Below, in pieces: positions 29,349 to 38,523 of a stretch of 57,797 nucleotides of DNA. The DNA comes from an uncultured Gammaproteobacteria bacterium (GTDB taxonomy: Bacteria > Patescibacteriota > Microgenomatia > Woykebacterales > RBG-16-39-9b). The notes under the pieces were generated by a model. It saw only the letters and a list, made by a program, of their open reading frames with translations. It searched no databases and was not told the origin of the DNA. The stretch covers positions 1-57,797 of the forward strand of contig CAYGGA010000005.1 of NCBI GenBank assembly GCA_964349395.1, read 5' to 3'. How positions within the stretch are numbered: position 1 is the first letter of the stretch; every line of letters begins with the position of its first letter. Made by a program: the position numbers and the translations under genes.

Positions 29349-30088
29349 TGCGACACCTACCACCTAAGAAATTTAACCTAATTATCCTTTTAGTAATTAC
29401 AGTATCCGCAGCGGGATTATTGGTTTTTAAAAGATATATCACTCCAGATAATCAGTTTTTTCCTGAGATCAAGGCTTCTAGAGTAGTGGATACTGTCCCT
29501 AGCCACCAAGAAATCTTTGCGGCAACTCCAGTAAATATAGTCATTAACACTGATGTTGATACCTTTGACAGTCATATAGATCTCCAAAAAGGTTCCCAAG
29601 AATATCCTATTTCAATAGATAGAACTAAAGACAGTAAAACTACCCTGCGTGGTTTAATAGGAAAAAATCTCGAAGAAGGGACTCATTTAGTAAAATACAG
29701 TTTAGATTATACTTCTTCAAACTACGCTAATGGTGCAAATCGAAGGAAAGGACAATTCTCCTTTACTATTGATAGTTCAAAGAAGGCTGATTATAAAGAT
29801 TTAACTGGTCAGAAGGAAGTGACTATTGATATGGGTAATTTGAAGTTTAGCCCGGATAAAATAATTATTTCTCCTGGGACCAAAGTTAATTGGGTAAACA
29901 AAGATTCCGTGGAACACTTTATAAATACCGATCCTCACCCCTCTCATAACTACTACCCAAACCAAAATTCACTGGATATCTCCCCAACGGGAAATTACGC
30001 AGTTACTTTTACTCAAGTAGGGGAGTATCCTTATCACTGCAGTGCTCATTACCCTGATGGTATGACTGGTAGAATTATTGTCCAGTAA
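29348..30088 (+). CDS. CopC-like domain plus plastocyanin/cupredoxin domain protein
   Basis: 'FSPDKIIISPGTKVNWVNKD..EH', 'YPYHCSAH...GM' (type-1 copper ligands). Confidence 0.8.
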   Translation: MRHLPPKKFNLIILLVITVSAAGLLVFKRYITPDNQFFPEIKASRVVDTVPSHQEIFAATPVNIVINTDVDTFDSHIDLQKGSQEYPISIDRTKDSKTTLRGLIGKNLEEGTHLVKYSLDYTSSNYANGANRRKGQFSFTIDSSKKADYKDLTGQKEVTIDMGNLKFSPDKIIISPGTKVNWVNKDSVEHFINTDPHPSHNYYPNQNSLDISPTGNYAVTFTQVGEYPYHCSAHYPDGMTGRIIVQ

Positions 30089-30686
30089 CACTCAAGATGT
30101 GTTCTACCGCTTTAAATAAGTCTTGTCTCCATACATCAGGCTTACCACTAAATACCTCATCTTTTCCACCTTTACCAGTTTTCACCCCAATACTAGTCGC
30201 CCTTACTTTTTTACCAGCCAGATAATCTCGGGCTTGATCCCCAATGATAAAACTTTTTTTAAGGTTGATACCCAAGTTTTTGCCGACAAATTCCAACATT
30301 CCGCTGCCTGGTTTGCGCCAATTACAGTCTGACTGGTATTTTTTGACATCTGCAAATTCTGAATGAGGACAGTAAAGATAAAGATCAATGTGGGCACCAT
30401 GGCCAGCTAACCTCTCTTCTAACTCCTGATTTGATTTCCGAGCCTGGGTCTCGGTGATTAAACCGCGGGCGACTCGAGCTTGGTTGGTGATTACTACTGT
30501 ATATATTCCTAATTTGTTTAGTTTGGCAATCGCTTCACTGGCGCCCGGGTAGAGATCATAATCCTTAAAAGGAGTACCGACCTCTTTTTCTCCCCAAATT
30601 ACTCCGTCGCGATCAATAAAAACCGCCCAGCTACTTTTGGGGCTGGGGAGAGTTTTTGGGAAATAGTGTAAGGTGTCGAAGTCCAT
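30075..30686 (-). CDS. gmhB: Heptose-1,7-bisphosphate phosphatase (HAD-IIIA)
   Basis: FIDRDGV, ITNQ, CPH...C.WRKP..GM, IIGD. Confidence 0.85.
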   Translation of the reverse strand: MDFDTLHYFPKTLPSPKSSWAVFIDRDGVIWGEKEVGTPFKDYDLYPGASEAIAKLNKLGIYTVVITNQARVARGLITETQARKSNQELEERLAGHGAHIDLYLYCPHSEFADVKKYQSDCNWRKPGSGMLEFVGKNLGINLKKSFIIGDQARDYLAGKKVRATSIGVKTGKGGKDEVFSGKPDVWRQDLFKAVEHILSVTGQ

Positions 30687-30724
30687 TTTTTTGTCGAGTC
30701 GAGTTTATCGAGGTCGAACCTCGA

Positions 30725-31366
30725 TTACTTCTGGGCAATAGTAAAAATGTGGAGCATGTGTTCAGGGAATTGCTCAATAACTTTAAATCTAGTATTTAGC
30801 AAATCTCTCATTTTTCTCTGGGAAAAGTGATTGATATGCCCACAAAAACTTTTGTAGTAAGGATCTCCTTTAATGTAACCTTTATACAAACAGTGAACAA
30901 AAAATAGTGGGAAGTGGGGACTAGGAAAAGAATCATAGGGGACAGTGGTAATGAATTTGCCCCCTTTTTTTAAAATTCGGTTTACTTCTTTTAAAACTTT
31001 TGGTAGATCTTCCACATGCTCTAAAATTTCCGTCATAATCACAATATCAGCAGAGGTGTTTGGCAGGGGAATTTTGTAAATATCTCCCTCATGGATTTCC
31101 TTGAGCAGTCCATGCTTTTTCCCAGTCTTTAGCAAATCTAGATTGATATCTACTCCCACCACCGGTAGTTTATTTATGTTCCAATTGCATGACCCACAGG
31201 CAAGATCTACTACTCGATCTCCTTTTCTATAATATTTTTGGACGGTTTTAGAAAGTTGTACGTAGCGGGACGTGTGGAGCCAAGCACGAAAGACACCAGA
31301 CTTCTTGGGGTTAGTCTGATCATCATAAAATGATCCTTGCAGGGAAGTGTAATCAACGTCTACCAT
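30725..31366 (-). CDS. Class I SAM-dependent methyltransferase
   Basis: VDLACGS, EILEHV, RILKKGG. Confidence 0.85.
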   Translation of the reverse strand: MVDVDYTSLQGSFYDDQTNPKKSGVFRAWLHTSRYVQLSKTVQKYYRKGDRVVDLACGSCNWNINKLPVVGVDINLDLLKTGKKHGLLKEIHEGDIYKIPLPNTSADIVIMTEILEHVEDLPKVLKEVNRILKKGGKFITTVPYDSFPSPHFPLFFVHCLYKGYIKGDPYYKSFCGHINHFSQRKMRDLLNTRFKVIEQFPEHMLHIFTIAQK

Positions 31367-32067
31367 GAGGCGAATCTTATTTTCAGGACCGTGATCATGT
31401 AATCAATCATTGACCCAAAATCCATTTTTGATTTACCAGCATTGCGGTCAGAAAAAATAATTGGAATTTCTTTAATTTTGAAACCCATCTTAGCCGTTCG
31501 GTAAAGCTGCTCAATACCAATGCTGTAACCCGTAGAGACAAATTTGTCTAGATTTATTTTCTCCAGAACCTCTCGGTGGCTGCATTTAAAACCACTGGCG
31601 GTATCTTGAATTCCCCAAACTCCTAAGAAAAGATGGTTATAAAGATTGGCGACTCGGGAGACAAAATTTCTCCAAGCACTCCGGGAAGTGATATTACCAC
31701 CTCGGGCATATCGAGAACCCACCACTACATCTGCTTGCTTGCAGTGTTTAATCAAATCTTGCAGGTAAAAAGGATTGTGGGAGTAATCAGCATCCATCTG
31801 AATCACCAGGTCAGCTTTATCGGCAAGCGCCTCTTTTAGACCATTCACGACTGCTGCCCCAACACCTTGGCGATTCTTGCGGTGAATTACTTTTATTCGT
31901 TTGGGGAATTTCTTGGCAAGAGTATCAAGGATTTTCCCGGTGCCATCAGGGCTATTATCATCCACCGCAATAATATTAATTTCTTTAGATTGCTCTAAAA
32001 TCTGGGGAACAATCCCGGCAATATTTTCTTTCTCATTATAAGTAGGTAATACTACTGAAATTTTCAT
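31360..32067 (-). CDS. Polyprenol-monophosphosugar synthase (DPM1-like GT2)
   Basis: LPTYNE, DDNSPDGT, QMDADYSH, GSRY, D..SGFK, DRNAGKSKM. Confidence 0.9.
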   Translation of the reverse strand: MKISVVLPTYNEKENIAGIVPQILEQSKEINIIAVDDNSPDGTGKILDTLAKKFPKRIKVIHRKNRQGVGAAVVNGLKEALADKADLVIQMDADYSHNPFYLQDLIKHCKQADVVVGSRYARGGNITSRSAWRNFVSRVANLYNHLFLGVWGIQDTASGFKCSHREVLEKINLDKFVSTGYSIGIEQLYRTAKMGFKIKEIPIIFSDRNAGKSKMDFGSMIDYMITVLKIRFASW

Positions 32068-32762
32068 ATCGAGTACTCTTGTAGAAGTCTTGGTAGGACT
32101 TGTCTAGCGCGCCTGAGTCTATCAAAACTGCCGATTGATAAAGTCCGAACTCTACTTTCAAAGTAATACAACTGTCCTTCTTTCGCAAGTCTTCCAAACA
32201 AATAATTCTCGTAGTCAAAAATATCTTTTGGCAATTTTTTTAAAACTCCCCGATCGAAAAAAGTCAGGCCAGAGTGAACAAATTTATTGCCAACTTGTTT
32301 TTGTTTAGTGTACTCTTTTACTTTTCCAGTAGTCCTATCTAAACTTAAATTACCATTATTACCAGAGTGGACTACCATTATATTAGGATAGATCTTACTT
32401 CTTCCTAAGGCCATAAAAGCAGCATAGTCAATCAAAGGCAGATCATCCCCATTTAGAAGCAGAAAATCATCTTTGATATACTTACTTGCTAAAAGCAAGG
32501 CTCCGCCTGTCCCCAATGGTTTAGCCTCTCTAGAGAAGTGGATTTTTACTCCCCATCTCTTCCCATCTTTAAAGTAGTTCTCTACTTGGTCGTACAAATA
32601 GCCGGTTGAAATAACTACTTCCTTAACTCCCATTTTAGCAAGTAGACTCACCTGGGCTTCCATAAAAGGTATTCCTGCCACTTTTATCATTGGCTTTGGG
32701 GTAGTGCGTGTCAGGGGCCTGAGTCTAGTACCCAAACCCCCAGTCAAAATAAAAGCAATCAT
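32064..32762 (-). CDS. Sugar-1-phosphate nucleotidyltransferase (HddC-like)
   Basis: MIAFILTGGLGTRLRPLT, PKPM, PLGTGGAL, LLNGD; lies within the heptose cluster. Confidence 0.85.
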   Translation of the reverse strand: MIAFILTGGLGTRLRPLTRTTPKPMIKVAGIPFMEAQVSLLAKMGVKEVVISTGYLYDQVENYFKDGKRWGVKIHFSREAKPLGTGGALLLASKYIKDDFLLLNGDDLPLIDYAAFMALGRSKIYPNIMVVHSGNNGNLSLDRTTGKVKEYTKQKQVGNKFVHSGLTFFDRGVLKKLPKDIFDYENYLFGRLAKEGQLYYFESRVRTLSIGSFDRLRRARQVLPRLLQEYSI

Positions 32763-32851
32763 TCTGATTCTCTTGTTTTCCTCGCTACCGCTCGTAAAAG
32801 AAAAGCAATCATGATTTTTCACTCCTCGTCAGAGGATGAGAGGTCAGGACG

Positions 32852-33520
32852 TTAGTCATGACCTTTAATTTTCTGGGCTAAGACATTACCAATAATATGA
32901 GACACTGCCATCTGGGCGTCTTGGACGTGCCCGGTAGTATACCCAGGAACTACTAGGCAGAGATCACAAAAAGTTCTCATAGCACCGCCATCATAACCAG
33001 AAAAACCAATTGTCGTAGCCCCCATCTCTTTGGCATAGTGGTACGCTTTCATCATATTTTGGCTCCAAACCCCACCCTTATCACCACCACTTCCTCCATG
33101 CACACTGTACCCGACCAAAAGATCGCCTCTTTTGATCCACCCTTTTAGTTGATCTGAGTAGACATTTTCCCAACCATTGTCATTGACCAATGCCGTCATC
33201 AGATCAATATTGTCCACCAGAGGAATAGTCTTGAGTCTTTCTTTCCCCTCGCTGTACGTCCCTTTGCCCCAGTCATTGGCAAAATGAAGAGAGTGGCTTG
33301 CACTGCCACCATTACCCATAATAAAAACGTTTTTATTCTCACGCCAGGCGCGATAGAACTCATTAATAATCTTCTCAATCATTTCTTGATCGAGTTTGAG
33401 AGCAATTTTGCTGGCTTCTTTTAAATAGTCATTAATGTAGTCACCAATACTAACTCGGAAAAAATCTTCCTTAGGTTCTTCTTTAACAGGTGGCAATTTT
33501 TCTAATTTTACTCTTGGCAT
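32852..33520 (-). CDS. gmhA: Phosphoheptose (sedoheptulose-7-P) isomerase, SIS domain
   Basis: FIMGNGGSAS.S.HFAND, TALVND.G, FSGYDGG. Confidence 0.8.
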   Translation of the reverse strand: MPRVKLEKLPPVKEEPKEDFFRVSIGDYINDYLKEASKIALKLDQEMIEKIINEFYRAWRENKNVFIMGNGGSASHSLHFANDWGKGTYSEGKERLKTIPLVDNIDLMTALVNDNGWENVYSDQLKGWIKRGDLLVGYSVHGGSGGDKGGVWSQNMMKAYHYAKEMGATTIGFSGYDGGAMRTFCDLCLVVPGYTTGHVQDAQMAVSHIIGNVLAQKIKGHD

Positions 33521-33537
33521 TTAACCTCCTCTGCAGA

Positions 33538-35235
33538 TTACTCTGTGTAAAAGACTTCGCTCCCTTTCTCATTAAAATGAAAGGGAATATTTTTTAAACC
33601 GCTTCTTTCAAAGTAGTGACTTAGTTTCTCTGCATTTGGGCTATAGAAAAGGAGAAACCCTCCACCACCAGCTCCTAGGACTTTGCCACCCATAGCTCCA
33701 TGTTTTATACCAGTTTCATAATATTTATCAATTTCATTACTACTGACAGCTTTACTTAGTTTTTTCTTTGCCTCCCAATGTACGTGCCAAAGTTTGCCAA
33801 TGTCGTCAAATTTCTCCTCAATCAGAGCCTTTTTAATCTTTACCCCAATGTCTTTGATAAAATGCATGTTTTTAATTTTTTCATTTAGATTTTCATTGGA
33901 GCTGACTGAGGCTTGAATATTGCTAGAACTTCGACTCTTACCTAAATAAATTAGGGCAAGATTATTTTCTAGGGTACTCAATGCTTTTTCTTTTAGTTTC
34001 AAGTTAGAAGTATTTACTGATCCATCTTTCAAAAAATTCATCTCTTGGATTCCTCCCAAAGAAGAGATGTACTGGTCTTGTTTCCCACCCACTTCTTGGA
34101 GAACATCGCGCTCTATATAACAAGCAACTTCTGCAATCTTGTTCTCACTATATAAATCTTGCTGACCAGTAAGCTCTACTAAAGCTTTGATCAAACCCAC
34201 CGCTAGGGCGCTAGAGGACCCCATCCCAGTTCCCCCAGGGACAGAGGAGCTCACTGTAATCTCAAGGGGTTCTTTAATCTGAAAATAATTCACAATCTCC
34301 CTGATAATCCCATGGTTGAGTTCTTCCCACCCAGAAACTTTCTCAATATCCTCATATCTGACAATATTTTGGCCACTGATACTTTTAGCCACTGTCACAT
34401 AAATGTACTTATCAATCGCACCGGAGATAACATAACCATCGTATTTAGAACTGTAAAAAGGTAGATCAGTGCCGCCGCCGCCAAAAGAGATCCGCAAGGG
34501 GGTACGCGTAGTAACCATACTGGGACCAAAAGAATAAGGAAGGGTCTTCTCGGTGGCAATAAATTGGCGCCAACTGTCATCAAATTCCTTGATAGTTTCC
34601 TCACTCTTGGGATGGGTGATCATGCCCAAAAACATTTTGTAAGGCACAGTTGGAACATGGGCTCCATAATCCATGGCCAAGACGACATCGTCTGGTTCAC
34701 GGATACTACCGGCAATAATTTTGCAATCTAAACCACTTTGGTCCAAAAATCTTCGGGTGATACCAATCTCGACCTGAGGATCTTCCCCGGCGTCCATCAT
34801 ACGGCGGTAAAACAAACTCACATACTTTGCACCCGCTTTTGCAGCTAAAATTGCCTGGGAGGCTTTCATCATGACAGTCGCATTGACGGGAATTCCTCGT
34901 TTTTTTAGCTGGTGAATTGTCTCCAGCCCCAAACCATCCCCACTCATGGCTACTTTGACTACTACTTTATCTTTGTTCCAGCTGTAATATTCCTGCGCTT
35001 CCTTGACCATGGCATTCACAGACTTGGTAGTAAGTTCCAAACTGACTGGGCCATCAACAAGCCTCAAGATCTCTTGCGCTCTTTTTTTAAAATCCACTCC
35101 TTTTTCATTGAGGAAAATCTTTTGATTGGTAGTAAGACCATCAATTACTCCCCACCTAAGGATATGTTTAATCTCGTCAATATTGGCAGTATCTAAAAAT
35201 AGCTGAGAGGGGCTCATTTCTTTCATCTTAGTCAA
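33538..35235 (-). CDS. Transaldolase fused to a GHMP kinase (HddA-like heptose-7-phosphate kinase)
   Basis: N-half: FLDTAN, GLTTN, VVVKV, NAT, AGAKYVSLF, AGSIR. C-half: RTPLRISFGGGGTD, PGGTGMGSSS, GGKQDQY, GGKVLGAGGGGF. One continuous ORF. Confidence 0.9.
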   Translation of the reverse strand: MTKMKEMSPSQLFLDTANIDEIKHILRWGVIDGLTTNQKIFLNEKGVDFKKRAQEILRLVDGPVSLELTTKSVNAMVKEAQEYYSWNKDKVVVKVAMSGDGLGLETIHQLKKRGIPVNATVMMKASQAILAAKAGAKYVSLFYRRMMDAGEDPQVEIGITRRFLDQSGLDCKIIAGSIREPDDVVLAMDYGAHVPTVPYKMFLGMITHPKSEETIKEFDDSWRQFIATEKTLPYSFGPSMVTTRTPLRISFGGGGTDLPFYSSKYDGYVISGAIDKYIYVTVAKSISGQNIVRYEDIEKVSGWEELNHGIIREIVNYFQIKEPLEITVSSSVPGGTGMGSSSALAVGLIKALVELTGQQDLYSENKIAEVACYIERDVLQEVGGKQDQYISSLGGIQEMNFLKDGSVNTSNLKLKEKALSTLENNLALIYLGKSRSSSNIQASVSSNENLNEKIKNMHFIKDIGVKIKKALIEEKFDDIGKLWHVHWEAKKKLSKAVSSNEIDKYYETGIKHGAMGGKVLGAGGGGFLLFYSPNAEKLSHYFERSGLKNIPFHFNEKGSEVFYTE

Positions 35236-36838
35236 ATTTGGTTACTACGTCAATTTGATTTGCATTTTGTGTCCTTTTTACTTTCGTATCAAAAAGATAG
35301 ATTGTGTAAGGAGTATTTGTTTCTGGGAAATTGGGTTTACCGTCAGTTATTTTGGCAAAGTAGTCATAGTTCCCCACAACGTACGAAATCGCTCTTTTTC
35401 TCTCCGTAAATTCGTCTCTATCTATTGGCTCATGGACTAAAACCCACCCACCTTCCACAGTTTCTAAAATCTGTGTCGGTGGTAGGGCGACATTGGGACT
35501 AAACTTGGGGTACTCACCACTATCGCGACTAGCATCTTCAATCCGGTCAGTCAAACGCACCACAGGTAAACCAGAAATATATTGAATGATTGGCGGCCAA
35601 TACGATGAGAAAACCAATCTGCCATCCTGTTTTTCTTTCAATATTTTTACTGCCTGTTCAAAACCCGAATGATTTGTACTCTCCAAGGCTACATAAGAAC
35701 TCGGTAAAATGGTGAGAAAAACAATCAATGGGACGAAGATTCCTAGCTTTCTTAATTTAACCCTGGCTTTCACTAGGTCTACTAAAAACCCAAGTCCTAA
35801 AGCAGCAAAGATAGTTAAGAAAGGTAAAGAGATCGCAAAATACCGAGCCCGAGCTTCATTAGCAGCTAAAAAGGCTAGCGTCAAAAGAGTAAAAAAAGTT
35901 AGGTCTTGCCACTTCTTTAAACCATCCTTCCAAATCCAAATCACCCCCAGGATAATCAGAAGGACCACCGTCAGAGTCAGCCAATAAACTGGTTTGGTAA
36001 TATAAGTATTTAAAACCTGGATCTTATCAAAAATAGAACCAGTACTATGGCTAAAAAGGACTAGGTAAAGTCTGTCTTTAAAAAACTGTTTATTGATCAA
36101 GGCAAAAGGTAAAAATGCAAGAAACACCATCAGACTAGCTACACTGACAGTTAAAAAGTTGGCCTTAGCCTCCTTAAACCACTTTTGGTTGACACCAAGA
36201 CTTAGTTTAAAAGAGTTGAAGCCGGTTTTAATAAATTTAGCTTCATTCAGAAAAGAGATAACAAAGTAAAATAGTGGTATAGCCAGGAAAATAAAGGCAG
36301 TTAATTTGGCATATATTGATAATCCCAAAAGTAGCCCGGTTTTTAAAATAGGAAATAATTTAGTAGGTGATTTTCTCATACTCTCCCAAGAGACATAAAA
36401 AAGAAAACTAAAAAGTATCAAAAGCATTTCGCGTCCACCATAGCGAGAGTAAAAAAGGGACAGCGGAGTCAGAATAAAAAGAAAGGCTCCAAAAAAAGCT
36501 TCTCTCTCCCCGACCTTATTTTTTAGATAACGCCAAATTACCCAAGTTACAAAAGCAGAGGTCACCACTGAGACTAGCCTGATATCTAAAAAAGTACGCG
36601 GAAAGACACTATCCTTCACAATAAAACTCACCAGGACCGCCAAAATTTCAAAGAAAGGGATCTGGTCAAAGAGGTAACGGCCCACTACCATGGGGACCCA
36701 CGAGGTGTGGAGCGAGGCAGTGCTACTATCCCAAGACCACTCATCAGGTTCATAAAAATAGATCCCTGAGTTTAGAAAAATTAACCTAGTTATTAAAAAG
36801 AGTCCCAATATAAGAACGATTAAAAGAAACTTGCCCAC
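35228..36838 (-). CDS. ArnT/PMT-like GT-C membrane glycosyltransferase
   Basis: 'TRL......Y.YEPDE', 'DQIPFF', 'LFYSRYG..E', 'ARYF'; multi-TM. Confidence 0.8.
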   Translation of the reverse strand: MGKFLLIVLILGLFLITRLIFLNSGIYFYEPDEWSWDSSTASLHTSWVPMVVGRYLFDQIPFFEILAVLVSFIVKDSVFPRTFLDIRLVSVVTSAFVTWVIWRYLKNKVGEREAFFGAFLFILTPLSLFYSRYGGREMLLILFSFLFYVSWESMRKSPTKLFPILKTGLLLGLSIYAKLTAFIFLAIPLFYFVISFLNEAKFIKTGFNSFKLSLGVNQKWFKEAKANFLTVSVASLMVFLAFLPFALINKQFFKDRLYLVLFSHSTGSIFDKIQVLNTYITKPVYWLTLTVVLLIILGVIWIWKDGLKKWQDLTFFTLLTLAFLAANEARARYFAISLPFLTIFAALGLGFLVDLVKARVKLRKLGIFVPLIVFLTILPSSYVALESTNHSGFEQAVKILKEKQDGRLVFSSYWPPIIQYISGLPVVRLTDRIEDASRDSGEYPKFSPNVALPPTQILETVEGGWVLVHEPIDRDEFTERKRAISYVVGNYDYFAKITDGKPNFPETNTPYTIYLFDTKVKRTQNANQIDVVTKFD

Positions 36839-36911
36839 CTTTACATTATGTGAGATTAAGGTTTCGTTGACAACTTTTCACCTCAATGCTAAGGTAAACT
36901 CTACACTCCCC

Positions 36912-38474
36912 ATGAAAGAGACTAGAGTTTTTAAAGCCACTCTCGCCTTACTGCCAATTCTTATTATTGGTATTATTGTCCTTATCTTAAATCAAATCAC
37001 TCCAAAAGAACCTGAGGCTCCCAAAATATACCTCAGTCAGGATTTGGATCAAGTCACTATTCTTCTTGCTAAACCAGTCTCAGACATCTATCCCAAGCGT
37101 GACCTGGATCCCTATTACCAACTCTTTGCGTTCAATATTTATGATTCCTTATTCACTCTCAAATCAGGGAGAATCGAACCTTCTTTAGCTTCTAGTTGGA
37201 AAAACTTGGATCCCAACAGTTGGCAAATAACCTTAAAAAAAGGAGTTAAATTTACTAATGGCAAAGAATTAAACTCAAGGGATGTCAAATTCTCAATCGA
37301 AGAGGCTGTTTTAAACAGGTGGCCTATTGATAACTTGCTTTACGAGATTGATAAGGTTGAAGTAGTTGATGATTATACTATCTCTGTCAGAACCAAAACT
37401 CCGGTGCCAAATTTGATTGTTATGCTCAAGTCCCTCCCAATCCTTGCTAAAGATGCTCCCCAAATAGGTACTGGACCTTTTAAATTAGTTTCCAATGACA
37501 AAAAGTTAGAAAAAGGTAAGTTAGTAGAACAAACGCTAACACTAGAACCTAATTTAGGTTATTTTGCCAAGAAACCTCGGGTTAAAAAACTGGTTTACAA
37601 ATACCTTGAGGAGAGCAAACGGGCCAGTTTAACCAGAGAAGGGGTGGACCAAACCTACCAACTTATCGAGGCAGGTGGTTTAAAAAGTGATCTAAGTAGC
37701 AAACTTTTAACTAGTAATTTTAGTAAGGTGACTTTTAGTTTCCCCAGCTTTAATGCTATTTTTATTAATCTTGATAAAATTCAGGATAGTAATTTCCCCG
37801 GCTCTAAAAATCCCCTTGCTTCAAGTTCAATACGCAGAGCTTTGAGTTTGGCTTTGGACCAAAGAATGGTGATAAATGAAGCATCAATCTCCGGAAAAGT
37901 AACAGGTCAGTTGGCCAGCTCAGTAGCTTTTGGCTACGATCCAAGTCTTAAGTCCAGTTCCGTCAGTCGGGCGGAAGCTAAAAAGATCTTGAGAGAAAAC
38001 GGTTATGAAAAGGGTTTCACTTTTACCTTGGATTTACCTTTTTCCCAAATGGAAGCTGGTGAGAGTATTGCAAAGCAGTTAAAAGAGGTAGGAATAATCG
38101 CGAAATTACGCACTAGTAATAGTAGTGAAGAATTCGCCCAAGTGAGTCAGGGAGAGGCAATGGCCTATTTGGGAAACTGGCTAAATGAAAATTACGATAC
38201 GACTGCGGTTTTTACGACTGGTTTACTCCATCGCGGAGGACAGAATTATATCAGCTATACTAACCAAAAAATTGATAATTTAATGGATGAGCTCAGAGAC
38301 AAATTTGACCCTACTGAGCGAGAAAAGATTTTACAAACTGCCATGAAGGTCGCGGTTGAGGAAAAATCTTGGCTACCTCTTTGGGAAGACACAACTTTTT
38401 TTCTAGTGAATGACCGCCTTGATGTAAATCCCACCACTTCTTTCCCCCTTGGAGTTGACATGGCGGGTAAATAA
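36912..38474 (+). CDS. Family 5 (peptide/nickel-type) ABC substrate-binding protein, membrane anchored
   Basis: IYDSL, PSLASSW, LKKGVKF.NG....DVKFS, IGTGPF, RRALSLALD. Confidence 0.85.
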   Translation: MKETRVFKATLALLPILIIGIIVLILNQITPKEPEAPKIYLSQDLDQVTILLAKPVSDIYPKRDLDPYYQLFAFNIYDSLFTLKSGRIEPSLASSWKNLDPNSWQITLKKGVKFTNGKELNSRDVKFSIEEAVLNRWPIDNLLYEIDKVEVVDDYTISVRTKTPVPNLIVMLKSLPILAKDAPQIGTGPFKLVSNDKKLEKGKLVEQTLTLEPNLGYFAKKPRVKKLVYKYLEESKRASLTREGVDQTYQLIEAGGLKSDLSSKLLTSNFSKVTFSFPSFNAIFINLDKIQDSNFPGSKNPLASSSIRRALSLALDQRMVINEASISGKVTGQLASSVAFGYDPSLKSSSVSRAEAKKILRENGYEKGFTFTLDLPFSQMEAGESIAKQLKEVGIIAKLRTSNSSEEFAQVSQGEAMAYLGNWLNENYDTTAVFTTGLLHRGGQNYISYTNQKIDNLMDELRDKFDPTEREKILQTAMKVAVEEKSWLPLWEDTTFFLVNDRLDVNPTTSFPLGVDMAGK

Positions 38475-38523
38475 CCTGTTTTCTTGACAGGTCTTCCTTT
38501 TGGATGGTAATTTAAGCTACTAA

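Noticed and set aside
36912..38474. Orphan ABC substrate-binding protein as a novel system
   Set aside because: Permease genes may lie elsewhere in the genome, and nothing else here is unusual.
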